Below, piece by piece: positions 29,481-39,818 of a DNA stretch of 64,000 nucleotides. The first letter of the stretch is position 1, and each line of letters opens with the position of its first letter. Made by a program: the position numbers and the translations under genes. The stretch comes from an uncultured virus (IMG/VR IMGVR_UViG_2684622675_000002). Taxonomy: Duplodnaviria > Heunggongvirae > Uroviricota > Caudoviricetes. Where the stretch lies: positions 1 through 64,000 of IMG/VR virus record IMGVR_UViG_2684622675_000002, one strand, 5' to 3'. A model generated the notes under the pieces. That model searched no databases and was not told where the DNA came from. It saw nothing but the letters and a program-made list of their open reading frames with translations.

Positions 29481-29885
29481 ATGACCATGCACAGATATGG
29501 TGCTGACGGCTCAAATTTAACCGTCTTTGGTATTCCTATTGATGATTTTGGCGATACGGACCCACCTATCACCATTGAAGATTTAGAGCCGCGAGCCGTT
29601 TTAAAGCGAGGTATCGGGGCAACGTCCGTTCGTCTGGATAATAAAACTCGCGCCAAGCGATTAACTATTAATTTGATACCCGGCTCAATTCAGGCTCGTC
29701 AGTTATTGGCGGTGGAAAAATCAGGTATTGATGCCACCTTTACCTTTTCACAGACCGGTACCGACGAACGCTTTGCCGGTTTCGACGGCATCATGACTAA
29801 CCGTGGCTCAGCCACCCGCGCCGGTAAAAGCGGTGTGTCAGATGAACAATTTATTTTTGAATTTGCAGACTCTGAGGAAACCTAA
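29481..29885 (+). CDS. Tail tube protein
   Basis: 134 aa after sheath; TINL.PGS. Confidence 0.75.
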   Translation: MTMHRYGADGSNLTVFGIPIDDFGDTDPPITIEDLEPRAVLKRGIGATSVRLDNKTRAKRLTINLIPGSIQARQLLAVEKSGIDATFTFSQTGTDERFAGFDGIMTNRGSATRAGKSGVSDEQFIFEFADSEET

Positions 29886-29887
29886 TT

Positions 29888-30277
29888 ATGGGGCGTCAAA
29901 TTGAAGTCGCGATTGGTGACACCATTTTTCAGGGAGCGACATCATCAGCCAGGGATCAGGTTGAAATGCTGCAAATTACCGCCCGATGTGGGTTGTTACC
30001 GGCCATGAATCCCAATGTGGGTATTATGGGGCTGGCAGCCAGTCTCGCATCGGTGGACAGCATGAGCCTTAATCGTCTGCGGGATTTATGCTTGAAAAAC
30101 GGCAATATCATTCGTCAGTCGGATAATGTACCGGTTGCCGAAAATCTGTTTCAGGATGAGGCACATAATTATCTGGTGCTGCTGGGGCTGGTATTGAGGG
30201 AGAACATCGGCCCTTTTTGGCAACTCAGCAGCGGGGAGGAAAGCGAGAAAAGCAAAGCTCAGGACGTTCCCGTATAG
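29888..30277 (+). CDS. Tail assembly chaperone
   Basis: Position after tube; slippery C CCT TTT near 3' end. Confidence 0.72.
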   Translation: MGRQIEVAIGDTIFQGATSSARDQVEMLQITARCGLLPAMNPNVGIMGLAASLASVDSMSLNRLRDLCLKNGNIIRQSDNVPVAENLFQDEAHNYLVLLGLVLRENIGPFWQLSSGEESEKSKAQDVPV

Positions 30278-30429
30278 ATTGGTTCTTATGGCGACCTTGC
30301 GCTGGTGCCGGGCAACACTGCCCGCCGCTGGCAAGATGGTCAGATATGCTGGATGGCACTTACACCATTGATGATGTGCAACTGATGCATGATGTGCTGG
30401 ATGAGATTGTGGCTGTGGTGGATAGGTGA
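30217..30429 (+). CDS. Chaperone C-terminal extension (-1 frameshift, GT-like)
   Basis: Open in the -1 frame right after the heptamer; DGTYTIDDV motif. Confidence 0.65.
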   Translation: MATQQRGGKREKQSSGRSRIDWFLWRPCAGAGQHCPPLARWSDMLDGTYTIDDVQLMHDVLDEIVAVVDR

Positions 30430-30533
30430 CTGTCGTTCTTTATGTCTGCTGTTGAAATAAAAGCGTTGGAAATAGCTAGGCATGAATTTTTTGATAGATA
30501 AAATCTTGTTGCAGATTTAATAAAATAATTATA

Positions 30534-30549
30534 CTGTAAATGCATACAG
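30534..30549. promoter_or_regulatory. LexA box upstream of kinase moron
   Basis: TACTGTAAATGCATACAGCT = CTGT-N8-ACAG. Confidence 0.65.
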
Positions 30550-30622
30550 CTGTTTGGGGCTGTAAAAATCAACAGGGTAACTATTCCTGAATAATGTTCT
30601 AAGATATTACAAACTAAATGTT

Positions 30623-31447
30623 ATGTATATCAGGGACTGCTGGATGAAAACATCTGTTGAGGTGCTCAGTCAGGCTAGCTTTAAGTCTATTCTTAGTCGA
30701 CCGGCGGAAGGACAAGTAGCTTTAACCCTTTTATGCTTAATCGATTGGCCTGATGGAATCCAAAGGCAGTCATATGTAAAAATTTTTAGTGATCATCATT
30801 CTATTGGCGTTTTTAATGAAATACTTGGTTATTTGCTGAGTAAGTCTCAAGATTTACCAGTTCCTCCCAAAGCTGGAATTTTAATTCTTCCTGATGGGTT
30901 AAAAAATGATATTTCGTTACCTGTTAGTCCCATTGCCTTTGTCACTTCAAAGGTGGCTGGTAATTCACCCAGCAGCTTTTATAACATTCAAGATATGATT
31001 AGCTATGACGCATTAAAGAATATTCTTGCTGGATGGGACAAGCTGGATAAGACAATTGCTTTTGACGAATGGGTTGCGAATCAAGATAGAAATCTTGGGA
31101 ATGTACTTATCAATTCAAGTGAACAAATCACCTTAATTGATCATAGCAATATGCCAGTAGATTTGGTCTGGACTCCCGATGATTTAGTTATAGATATAAA
31201 TCCAGTGAATAAACTTGAGTTTTGTTTTCGACAACATCCAACGTTACCTCAGAAAATGTCGATAGTAAGAGGGGCCGAAGATCAAGTTAGCTGTTTACAA
31301 ACAGTTCATCAAGAAATTGATTATTGGTGTGATAAGTTAATAGATCCAAAAGCTAAAAATATGCTAATGCTCTTTTTAGAGCAAAGAGCAAATTTATCTA
31401 AATCTAGATTAAGTAAAAGGCTTGGTGTTTTGGGGGAGGTTGCATGA
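30623..31447 (+). CDS. HipA-like kinase (start possibly 30644)
   Basis: YVK, NE, FDEWVANQDRNLGN and LIDH kinase motifs; low GC. Confidence 0.85.
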   Translation: MYIRDCWMKTSVEVLSQASFKSILSRPAEGQVALTLLCLIDWPDGIQRQSYVKIFSDHHSIGVFNEILGYLLSKSQDLPVPPKAGILILPDGLKNDISLPVSPIAFVTSKVAGNSPSSFYNIQDMISYDALKNILAGWDKLDKTIAFDEWVANQDRNLGNVLINSSEQITLIDHSNMPVDLVWTPDDLVIDINPVNKLEFCFRQHPTLPQKMSIVRGAEDQVSCLQTVHQEIDYWCDKLIDPKAKNMLMLFLEQRANLSKSRLSKRLGVLGEVA

Positions 31448-32313
31448 TTAACTTTGATTCAATTTTGAGCGAACATGCAAATAAGCCTATTGTCAGCGGT
31501 GAATGGTTTACCATTCAGTGGAGTCCCGATGTCGCAACTGGGGAAAAATTAAATATTGGCGTCTGTTTTAAAGATTCTCTAGGAACTACATTTGTTCAAA
31601 CTCTTGAATACTATGACCGTATTAATTGTTTATATTCATCGGAAATGGTTTTTCATTTGAGGCTTGCTTGCGATTTGGCAAAAGAAGCTGCGCTAACAAG
31701 GGCTGCCTTTGTTAGTAATCCATTTCATAACATATCGTTTAAATCGAATGGGTATGCGCAAGGCGAATCAGCTGATGATGTGGTTTTATCGCTATTTACG
31801 AATGTTGTTCCATTGGCAAAAAAAATAAGTAAAGGTAAGGAAAGAGCATTTAGCCATACTAGCAGAGAACGCCTATATAACATCATGGATGGTTATTTAA
31901 AAGACAATTTAGAGTTTGACGAGTATTTCTCTATGATTGACCCATCACCGACAAAGAGAGTGAGTATTGGTAAAATCACACAATCAATATATTTGCCCTA
32001 TCGCGCAAGTAACTCTTTAGCAACAATAGCTTCAGCATCTTACTCTGATGAGAATTTGGCTAAGTGTCATTTATTTGATGCTCAGAGAGATATTTCATTA
32101 GCACTACAGAATTATAAAGAATATCGCAGTGGTGCAATATTTATTTTGTCTCCAAACGAAACATTGAAAGTGGAGAAAAGAGATCAAGTTGATTTGGAAA
32201 TTGATAAGTTTTGTTGGTACCTGAAAACCTTGGGTATCGAAACTGAAGTTGATAGCGATGCTGAGGGACTTTCTGATAAAGCGGTTGAGTGGTATCGAAG
32301 AGAAGCAGCATAG
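31444..32313 (+). CDS. DUF3037-like partner of HipA-like kinase
   Basis: IQWSPDVATGEKLNIGV N-terminal motif; ATGA overlap with kinase. Confidence 0.7.
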   Translation: MINFDSILSEHANKPIVSGEWFTIQWSPDVATGEKLNIGVCFKDSLGTTFVQTLEYYDRINCLYSSEMVFHLRLACDLAKEAALTRAAFVSNPFHNISFKSNGYAQGESADDVVLSLFTNVVPLAKKISKGKERAFSHTSRERLYNIMDGYLKDNLEFDEYFSMIDPSPTKRVSIGKITQSIYLPYRASNSLATIASASYSDENLAKCHLFDAQRDISLALQNYKEYRSGAIFILSPNETLKVEKRDQVDLEIDKFCWYLKTLGIETEVDSDAEGLSDKAVEWYRREAA

Positions 32314-32338
32314 CGTCACATTAAATATTATAATAATT

Positions 32339-32364
32339 AAACCCGCCACTGCGCGGGTTTTTTT
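32339..32364 (+). terminator. Rho-independent terminator of kinase moron
   Basis: AACCCGC...GCGGGTT followed by T-run. Confidence 0.7.
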
Positions 32365-32386
32365 ACACCTAAAATACGAGGTTTCC

Positions 32387-34048
32387 ATGTCAGAGACAAT
32401 TGATTCTCTATTGGTTTCCCTTGGACTGGAAACGGATGCAAAGAGCTTTCAAACAGCCAATGATGCAGTTAAAGGGATTAAAGATGGCATATTGCAATTG
32501 GCCGCCGCAGCCGGCACCGGTGTTGGGTTAAAAGCTCTGACCGCTGATTTATCTGCCTCAGTATTAGAAATGGATCGGCTGAGTAAAATCACCAACTTTA
32601 CCGTTAAGCAGATCGATGGCCTACGTTATGCGATGCGCAGTCTTGGTCTTAGTCCGGATGCGGCTAATCAGATTGTGCAGAAAATACCTGACCTGCAACA
32701 GCGCGCCAGACAAGGGGAGTTAGGCGATAAAGCCTATTGGAATGGTGCATTTAACCCGACGGAATTTGCTAATAAAACCGGCATGGACTCGCTCAAGTAT
32801 CTTATTGATGCTTACAGCAAAATGGATAATGACCAGCGGCGAAATCTACGCAGCGGAATTGGTAGTGGTGATAATGATCCCTTCACCCGTCTATTGGAGG
32901 GGGGCAGTAAAGGGCTTAATGCTTCACTGAAAAATTTTGACGAGTTATATAAACCGCTCGATCCCAAACTTATTGATTCAGCTAACGAGTTTAATAAAGA
33001 GATGGCGGATTTGGCGACTAACTTTGACAATCTGGCCCGTTCAATGGGTGGCGACTTACTGCCAATCATCAATGCGTTACTAGAAAGCATTAATCAGTTT
33101 ATTAAAGAAAATCCCGAAGTTTCAAAAGCTATTTTGACTGCAGCAGGTTTGGCCGGTACCGCTGGTGCATTAAAATTTGTCGGTGGCATATTACCCGGAG
33201 GCGGGAAACCATCAGTCGGAGCTGGTGGACGTGGTTGGTTGTCTCGGTTACTGGTTAATCCGGTCACTATTGGCGCGACGGCTGCATTGACGCCCGGTAA
33301 CATTTTCACTAGTGCCGAAGATGCCAAAGCAATGAGTAATCCTGAAGCGATAGGGCGCCAGAACTGGGCTAAAAATAACCCTGGAGTGCCTTACCCCAAT
33401 GATACTCGTGACCTTAATAATCTGGTTGATGATCCTAACGTTCGCCAGTATCTGGATGTGTTATCTAAAGCTGAGGGAACTGCTGGTTATGCCAATTCTG
33501 GCTATAACACAATGTTTGGCGGCGACCAGTTCTATGACAGTAGTGACCACCCACGGCAATTAAAAGAGTTCACGCAAACCGACGGCGCTAAAAATAAAAC
33601 TTCGGCAGCCGGGCGTTATCAGTTCACCAGCGATTCTTGGGACGATGCTGCTAAAGCGCTTAATCTGACGGACTTCTCCCCGCGTAGTCAGGATCTTGCC
33701 GCACTGTTTCTGATCCAACGCGCCGGCCAGTTAGAAAATGTTGCGAGTGGTAATTTTGCTGATGCTACTGGTGGGTTGGGCGGAGTGTGGGCTTCGTTGC
33801 CCTCATCAAATTATGCGCAACCGAAACGCTCATGGGAAGATATTCAGGGCTACAGTGACCGCCAGATGACCCCCACACAATCAGTTACGGCGTCCATGTC
33901 TCGTGGTGATGTCAGATTGGAGCAACACAATATTATCCATGTGGGGACGGTAGGCGGTGATAGCGAATCAATTCGCAACGGGGTGTTACAGGCAACAACT
34001 CAATTAGCCCAGCAAGCGCGCGATATGATGCATACGGAGCACTACTAA
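32387..34048 (+). CDS. Tape measure protein with C-terminal lambda-R-like muramidase domain
   Basis: IDSLLVSLG N-terminus; AEGT...GYN..FGG, SAAGRYQF, FSP.SQD motifs. Confidence 0.82.
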   Translation: MSETIDSLLVSLGLETDAKSFQTANDAVKGIKDGILQLAAAAGTGVGLKALTADLSASVLEMDRLSKITNFTVKQIDGLRYAMRSLGLSPDAANQIVQKIPDLQQRARQGELGDKAYWNGAFNPTEFANKTGMDSLKYLIDAYSKMDNDQRRNLRSGIGSGDNDPFTRLLEGGSKGLNASLKNFDELYKPLDPKLIDSANEFNKEMADLATNFDNLARSMGGDLLPIINALLESINQFIKENPEVSKAILTAAGLAGTAGALKFVGGILPGGGKPSVGAGGRGWLSRLLVNPVTIGATAALTPGNIFTSAEDAKAMSNPEAIGRQNWAKNNPGVPYPNDTRDLNNLVDDPNVRQYLDVLSKAEGTAGYANSGYNTMFGGDQFYDSSDHPRQLKEFTQTDGAKNKTSAAGRYQFTSDSWDDAAKALNLTDFSPRSQDLAALFLIQRAGQLENVASGNFADATGGLGGVWASLPSSNYAQPKRSWEDIQGYSDRQMTPTQSVTASMSRGDVRLEQHNIIHVGTVGGDSESIRNGVLQATTQLAQQARDMMHTEHY

Positions 34049-34716
34049 TGGCTATTACCGGATTATTTACCCGTAACCGCCCTAAAATCGGCAACCTCTA
34101 TTTTGATGCGCTATTAGAAGAGTCGAGTGAGTTACGCACTGATGTCAGTGAGTTCCCGTTGGAAGATGCGAATACCGCCCACGATAACGCCGTGACACGA
34201 GCGTTGGCCCTAACCATGATCATTGGTGTGTCTGATAACTGGTTTCGTGAACTGTTGGCCCAGCAAGATAGCAGTATTGCTGGGTTACTAGGGTCGGGGG
34301 CCAGTATTACTACCGGTATGGCAGCCAGTTTACTTTCTGGCAGAGCGGCGGCATTGGCTGGGGTTGCTGCATCGGTCGGCACCAGTATTTACTCCGGCAC
34401 ATTGGGCTCACAATCACGCTCAACCCGCTCACAAAATTTACTTGAGCAATTACGTGAATTACAACGCTCACATACACCGTTCGAATTAGTGGCCAGTCGG
34501 GGAGCCGCGTATAAAAATTGCCTGATCACCAACACTCGTACCCAATTGAAAAAAGAGAATGAGGGTGGGCTGGAGATTGTGGTTGAACTGTTGCAGCTCA
34601 ATATTATTTACGACACGGTCACTGAAACCAATGACAATTTGCCCTATGGCGATAGTGCTGCCACTCAGGGGCAGCGCGAATATTCATTTGGTGAAGTTTT
34701 CGTCGAGGCCACGTAA
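34048..34716 (+). CDS. Baseplate/tail tube initiator protein
   Basis: DA..EE....PLE...DNA motif; follows tape measure. Confidence 0.65.
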   Translation: MAITGLFTRNRPKIGNLYFDALLEESSELRTDVSEFPLEDANTAHDNAVTRALALTMIIGVSDNWFRELLAQQDSSIAGLLGSGASITTGMAASLLSGRAAALAGVAASVGTSIYSGTLGSQSRSTRSQNLLEQLRELQRSHTPFELVASRGAAYKNCLITNTRTQLKKENEGGLEIVVELLQLNIIYDTVTETNDNLPYGDSAATQGQREYSFGEVFVEAT

Positions 34717-35006
34717 TGAAAGTTATCCCATTGAACAATGGGTACGCCGTGCAGCGTTTCCGGGTGCAATTAAACAATCACTATCTGGTATTTCGTTTGC
34801 ATTGGCTCACCCGATTTAATTATTTTTGCGTCGATATTTATGAGCAGGGTGAACCGGTAGTTTTGGGGCGTGCTTTGCATGTCGGCGTTAATTTATTGGC
34901 TGGACTGAATACCGATATTGGCCCGCTGATATTAGCCGGGGAGACACCGACTATCGCCAATCTTGGCATTAATAATCGCCTGACATGGTACCCCGATAAT
35001 GAGTAG
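34716..35006 (+). CDS. Small baseplate protein
   Basis: Gene order; GVNLL motif. Confidence 0.65.
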   Translation: MKVIPLNNGYAVQRFRVQLNNHYLVFRLHWLTRFNYFCVDIYEQGEPVVLGRALHVGVNLLAGLNTDIGPLILAGETPTIANLGINNRLTWYPDNE

Positions 35007-35892
35007 CTATTTTGGCCGCAATTACCTACTGACCATTACCCCTGTGAGTGGCGATACACTGACCTATCAGCCGCCACTGGAGATCCGCTTTGCTGTCGAT
35101 AATACCCCGCAGAATGTCGATGCTACTGCCCGAATTACTCTTTACGGTATTTCAGCGCGTACCCGCGCCCTGATTCAGCGCTATGACGATAAGGAAAAAC
35201 GTTATGGCAATCTGGTATTAAAGGCCGGTTATGGCGAAAACATTGGCACGATATTTAGTGGGCGCATTCACAATGTCGAAGTGGTCAAAGAGGGGGTAAA
35301 TACCTGCCTACGGTTATATTGTCGCACTCTTGGGTTGGCATGGAATACTACGATATTTAAAACGTGGGGTGCTAATACTCACGCCATTGAAATGCTCAAA
35401 GATGTTGCAGCCGCTTTTGGTCTTGATGTTGAAGTGATTGGTGACTTTTCTGATTTACCGCGTTTTACCACCTCCTATAATTCCGGTGGTCGCTTGTGTC
35501 GCGATATTCTCGACAGCGTAAAAAATGACTGGAAATATTACTGGATGATCACGCCATCACGGGTGCTATTAGCCAGAGAGGGTGCCGCCAGAAAATGGGC
35601 TACCCACGAGATCACCGCTAAAAATGGTATGGAAAGTGTCCCGCGCTGGTATCTCAGTACCATGGAAATTGACGTTAAAATGAATCATCAAATTCAGCCG
35701 TCCGATGTGATTAATGTTACGTCGAGCTTTTGGACGATTAATTTTAGCGGCATGTATAACACCGACCTCAATAATCTGGCGAATATTCAACAACAAACCG
35801 GTCAATTTAATGTGCTGCGTACTTACCATGAAGGCACATTATGGGGTGATACATGGAAAACCACGCTGATCAGTCAATGGCGTATGCCTTGA
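34999..35892 (+). CDS. Baseplate hub protein
   Basis: LKAGY...IFSG motif. Confidence 0.72.
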   Translation: MSSYFGRNYLLTITPVSGDTLTYQPPLEIRFAVDNTPQNVDATARITLYGISARTRALIQRYDDKEKRYGNLVLKAGYGENIGTIFSGRIHNVEVVKEGVNTCLRLYCRTLGLAWNTTIFKTWGANTHAIEMLKDVAAAFGLDVEVIGDFSDLPRFTTSYNSGGRLCRDILDSVKNDWKYYWMITPSRVLLAREGAARKWATHEITAKNGMESVPRWYLSTMEIDVKMNHQIQPSDVINVTSSFWTINFSGMYNTDLNNLANIQQQTGQFNVLRTYHEGTLWGDTWKTTLISQWRMP

Positions 35893-35896
35893 GGTA

Positions 35897-36577
35897 ATGA
35901 TGATTGAGAGCAATCCGCTGTATACCACCATGATGCTGCTCAAGCGCGATATGGTGCGTGACCTGATGATCGGCATGCCCGGCAAAGTCATTAGCTATGA
36001 TGCAGTTTTGCAACGCGCGGTGGTGGAGTGTGGCATTCAACGTCATATCGGTGACGGTCAATTTAAGACACTACCCGTTATCGAACATGTGCCAGTGCAA
36101 TTTTCGGGCAGCGCCGAATGGACGGTTTTTCATGAGTTGCCTGCGGGTACTGAGGGCTATATCCATTTCAGCCAACGTTCTATTGATAACTGGCTAAGTC
36201 AGGGCGGGCCGGTAGCACCACTGGATGCACGGATGTTTAATCCGTCTGATGCTTTCTTTGCTCCGGGTTACCGCTCACAGCAAACCGCGATTGCGGGCTT
36301 GCCGACGGAAGGGATTGGTTTAAGTAACCAAAGTGGCGGGGTTCGCATTCACCTCACTGATGTTGGAATTACTTTGACGGCAGGAGGTACCACACTGGCG
36401 CTTACCGAATCCGGCATGAGCTACAGCGGCCCTGAGTTTACCAATAATGGGCAAACTACCCTGAATGGTCGCACTGAGGTAACCCAAGGCGGTTTGGCAG
36501 TTGAAGCATTGGAAGTTGGTGACCACGATCACGGTGGTGTGCAGCATGGCAATGATCGCACGGATGGGCCGCAATAA
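35897..36577 (+). CDS. Baseplate spike (Gp138-like)
   Basis: OB-fold-like N-terminus; C-terminal HDHGGV. Confidence 0.85.
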   Translation: MMIESNPLYTTMMLLKRDMVRDLMIGMPGKVISYDAVLQRAVVECGIQRHIGDGQFKTLPVIEHVPVQFSGSAEWTVFHELPAGTEGYIHFSQRSIDNWLSQGGPVAPLDARMFNPSDAFFAPGYRSQQTAIAGLPTEGIGLSNQSGGVRIHLTDVGITLTAGGTTLALTESGMSYSGPEFTNNGQTTLNGRTEVTQGGLAVEALEVGDHDHGGVQHGNDRTDGPQ

Positions 36578-36649
36578 ACCATTACCCAGACTTAATCCTA
36601 ACTATTATCGCCCTGGCTTATGCCGGGGCTTTTTATTTCTGGAGGCACT

Positions 36650-37000
36650 GTGATCCGCAATTTTCAAAATGGCGACATTGTTACCCACGGCAGCCAGTTT
36701 GCTAGCGGCAAAGAAGAAACCCGGCAAGCTATGATCTGCTGCCTACGGTTATTTCTTGGTGAGTATTTTCTCAATGCCACTGAGGGAACACCGTGGTTCC
36801 AAAGCATATTGGGCAAAACCTCGCGTGATATTGCCGAAGCCAATATTAAACAGCGCTTATTGGCGGCCAAAGGCGTGCTGACTATTAACCGCTTTGAAAT
36901 GGATCTCGATATGAAGAATCGCAAAATTACGATATTTGCCGCCGTAATTGATATTAATAATGATGCATTTGATTTTTTGTTCACTGAGGATCTTGTCTGA
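36650..37000 (+). CDS. Baseplate wedge protein
   Basis: LFLGEYFL...GTPW. Confidence 0.72.
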   Translation: MIRNFQNGDIVTHGSQFASGKEETRQAMICCLRLFLGEYFLNATEGTPWFQSILGKTSRDIAEANIKQRLLAAKGVLTINRFEMDLDMKNRKITIFAAVIDINNDAFDFLFTEDLV

Positions 37001-38199
37001 TGGCAATCATTAATCGTGATGGGGCCAGCGGTACCACGCTGAGTGAATATCTTGATACCATGCGCCAGCGCTATCTTGCTATTGATGACGGCTGGAATAT
37101 TAACCCGGAATCGCCAGATGGTCTGGCAATAGCCGTTTGGTGTGAGGCATTAGCCAATCTGGATGAAGCGGTTATTAATGCCTATCACTCTGCCGATCCC
37201 AATTCAGCGATTGACCAACAATTAGACCGTATTGCCGCATTTGCCGGGATCAAACGTAAAAGCGCGACCTATTCCACCGCGACCGTCAATTTTCATGGTA
37301 TCGCTTTTACCCCAATCAATGCCGGAACATTAATCAGAAATAGGGTAACCAATACCTTATGGGTGACCGATGGCGATGTTGTTACCGACATAACAGGGAA
37401 TGCGGCAGTGAATGTCACTTGTACGCTGGCAGGTGCGCAGGGGGCCAATAGTAATAATCTGACCATTATTGCCACACCTATCGGCGGTATTACGGCGGTG
37501 ACAAATAACACTGCAGCGTCAATGGGGTTGGATAAAGAAACCAATAATGCGTTTCGCATCCGGCGCAATGAGTCAGTAGCACTTCCTGGCTCGAACCAGA
37601 TTGATAATATTTATGCGGCACTGGTCAATATTGAGGATGTTAAACGGGCACGTATCTATGAAAATTTTGAGAATGAAGCAGACGAAAATGGGGTGCTTGG
37701 TCACTCAATGGCGATATTTGTTGATGGTGGTAGCATCGAAGATGTTATTAACAGCATCGCCACTAATAAAAGCCCCGGCTGTGGGTTAAACCGCTACAAC
37801 ATTTTTCCCAATAAAATCTCGTTGGATACTGTTACACCAAAAGGTAACCCGATCACCGTAACCTTTTTTCGCCCCCAGCTGATACCGGTTTATGTCCGGG
37901 TAGAGATCGCCAGTAATAGCGAGTTTATTGACGATGAGATAAAACAGGCGATTGTTGATTACAGCGTCACTGGTTTTGATCAAACCAATGGTTTTTCTAA
38001 GCTGGGTTTCAAAATTGGAGAGAGCATCGGCGCGGGGCGTTTATTTACCCCGGTCAATTATCTGGTGGCCGGTAATGGTTTTGTGAATGCTATTACCGTA
38101 GGAGCGGCTGCGGAACAGGTCAATATCAGTGCAGTGAGCATTGCCTTTAACCAGTTAGGCGTGTTCAGTGCTGAGAATATCGAGGTGGTCTATGTATAA
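37000..38199 (+). CDS. Baseplate J-like protein
   Basis: LD.IAA..GIKR; G.DKET...FR.R. Confidence 0.88.
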   Translation: MAIINRDGASGTTLSEYLDTMRQRYLAIDDGWNINPESPDGLAIAVWCEALANLDEAVINAYHSADPNSAIDQQLDRIAAFAGIKRKSATYSTATVNFHGIAFTPINAGTLIRNRVTNTLWVTDGDVVTDITGNAAVNVTCTLAGAQGANSNNLTIIATPIGGITAVTNNTAASMGLDKETNNAFRIRRNESVALPGSNQIDNIYAALVNIEDVKRARIYENFENEADENGVLGHSMAIFVDGGSIEDVINSIATNKSPGCGLNRYNIFPNKISLDTVTPKGNPITVTFFRPQLIPVYVRVEIASNSEFIDDEIKQAIVDYSVTGFDQTNGFSKLGFKIGESIGAGRLFTPVNYLVAGNGFVNAITVGAAAEQVNISAVSIAFNQLGVFSAENIEVVYV

Positions 38200-38836
38200 C
38201 CATCGTCAAAAGGCCCTGTCACGGATTTACCTGCAATACAAAAATGCGCCCAAATTAGTTGAATGGATAAGCCTCTTGCCGGATATCTGCCAATCCTTAC
38301 TTGAGGACCAGATAACCAAAATTAATAACTTACTGGATATTGATAATGCCGAGGGTGATCAACTGGATATTTGTGGCCATATTGCCGGGTTTATTGAGCG
38401 TCCATTAATCCGCAGTGATTACTTATCGATATTTGCCTACAACGGCACTGGTGGTGCACAACCCTACAATGTCGCGCCGTATAAAGCGCCACATGAGCAA
38501 ATCGGCAAAGTCCCGGTATCAGATTATCTCTATCGGGTATTAATCAAAGCCAAAATTCAGAAGAACAATACCAATGCGACATTGGATGAAATCAAAACCG
38601 CCGTTGATTACATTCTGGATGTTAATTCCGCCATCATCGATGGGCAGGATATGACGATGAAAACTATCTGGGTAGATAAACCGATCCCGGCCAATATCTT
38701 AGTGCTTATTCAGTTATTCGACTTAATTCCCCGACCGCAAGGCGTCAAAGCCAGCTTGATCCGTTTTAACCACCATCCTTTCGCCTATATAGGCACATTC
38801 GACGCACAGCCTTATGGCATGGGCGCTTATATCTAA
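38192..38836 (+). CDS. DUF2612 baseplate protein
   Basis: DIDNAEGDQLD; YR.LIKAKI; PRPQGV. Confidence 0.82.
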   Translation: MYNHRQKALSRIYLQYKNAPKLVEWISLLPDICQSLLEDQITKINNLLDIDNAEGDQLDICGHIAGFIERPLIRSDYLSIFAYNGTGGAQPYNVAPYKAPHEQIGKVPVSDYLYRVLIKAKIQKNNTNATLDEIKTAVDYILDVNSAIIDGQDMTMKTIWVDKPIPANILVLIQLFDLIPRPQGVKASLIRFNHHPFAYIGTFDAQPYGMGAYI

Positions 38837-38849
38837 TTGGAGCCACTCT

Positions 38850-39818
38850 ATGGCAAGAAATGACAGCTTTAATCAGCCGTGGGCCAGTGTGCCTGCACAA
38901 TTTGAACGTCCCGGCGATGCTCTGATTGCCCGAGGTTGGGCAGGGGGAGCATCAGAAGATCCGCCAGAAGCTAAATGGGAAAACTGGTGGCATAACCGGG
39001 TGGATTTAGCCTTACAGGAATTACAAAACCTCGGTCAGTTGATTTGGTTTACTGATGCTCCTTATCAGGCAGGGGCAAGGGTTAATCATGGTGGTAATAG
39101 CTATATCGCATTGTCAGAAAATACGGGGGTAGAACCGACGGGAGTATTAGATATTGGAGTGTGGCGTAAAGAGGAACCAGATACCTATTTGCAGACCGCT
39201 AATAACCTAGCTGAAATAGCCACTGCAGGGCCAGAGGCAATAGCTGAGACACTCGCTAATCTTGGGTTAACTGAAGCTGCCAGCATTGCTGCAAATGCAT
39301 TACAAAAAAATCAAAACCTGAATGATGTAGCAAATAAAACTACAGCACGAACAAATTTAGGGCTTAAAGGGGCGGCAGTGCTGGATGTAGGGACCACTGA
39401 AGGTACGGTGGCCGCAGGGAATGATAACCGGATAATAAATGCGGTGCAGTCTACCAACACTGCAATTAGCCTGCCTGGCAGCCTGACTACCACAGGTACT
39501 TTAAAGGGCGCGACTGTCACTGCTACGGGGAATGTGACTGCTGGGGAGGGAGCTGCATTTCTACAAGCTGACGGCAATATCAACGGCCCGGCATGGGGTG
39601 GCTATTTATCGACATACATTGGGAATATCAGTAATCAGACAAATGCCTATGGTGTTGTCGCTTTGGCGCGCGGAGCTTCGGTTGTCCAGTCTTATACAAT
39701 TGAAGCGCCAGCAGGAACTTATGCCACGGTGTCAGGGAGCAGCACTATGCGTTACCGCGCATTATTTTTTCAACGACCTACCGGTGGATGGGTACAAATG
39801 GGCGGGGATATTGGCTAA
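38850..39818 (+). CDS. Tail fibre protein
   Basis: NL.DV...ARTNLGL...DVGT..GTVAAG.D.R fibre repeats. Confidence 0.82.
   Translation: MARNDSFNQPWASVPAQFERPGDALIARGWAGGASEDPPEAKWENWWHNRVDLALQELQNLGQLIWFTDAPYQAGARVNHGGNSYIALSENTGVEPTGVLDIGVWRKEEPDTYLQTANNLAEIATAGPEAIAETLANLGLTEAASIAANALQKNQNLNDVANKTTARTNLGLKGAAVLDVGTTEGTVAAGNDNRIINAVQSTNTAISLPGSLTTTGTLKGATVTATGNVTAGEGAAFLQADGNINGPAWGGYLSTYIGNISNQTNAYGVVALARGASVVQSYTIEAPAGTYATVSGSSTMRYRALFFQRPTGGWVQMGGDIG

Noticed and set aside
32249..32386. N-terminal extension of the tape measure ORF in the track
   Set aside because: Runs through the upstream gene and its terminator; the RBS supports ATG 32387
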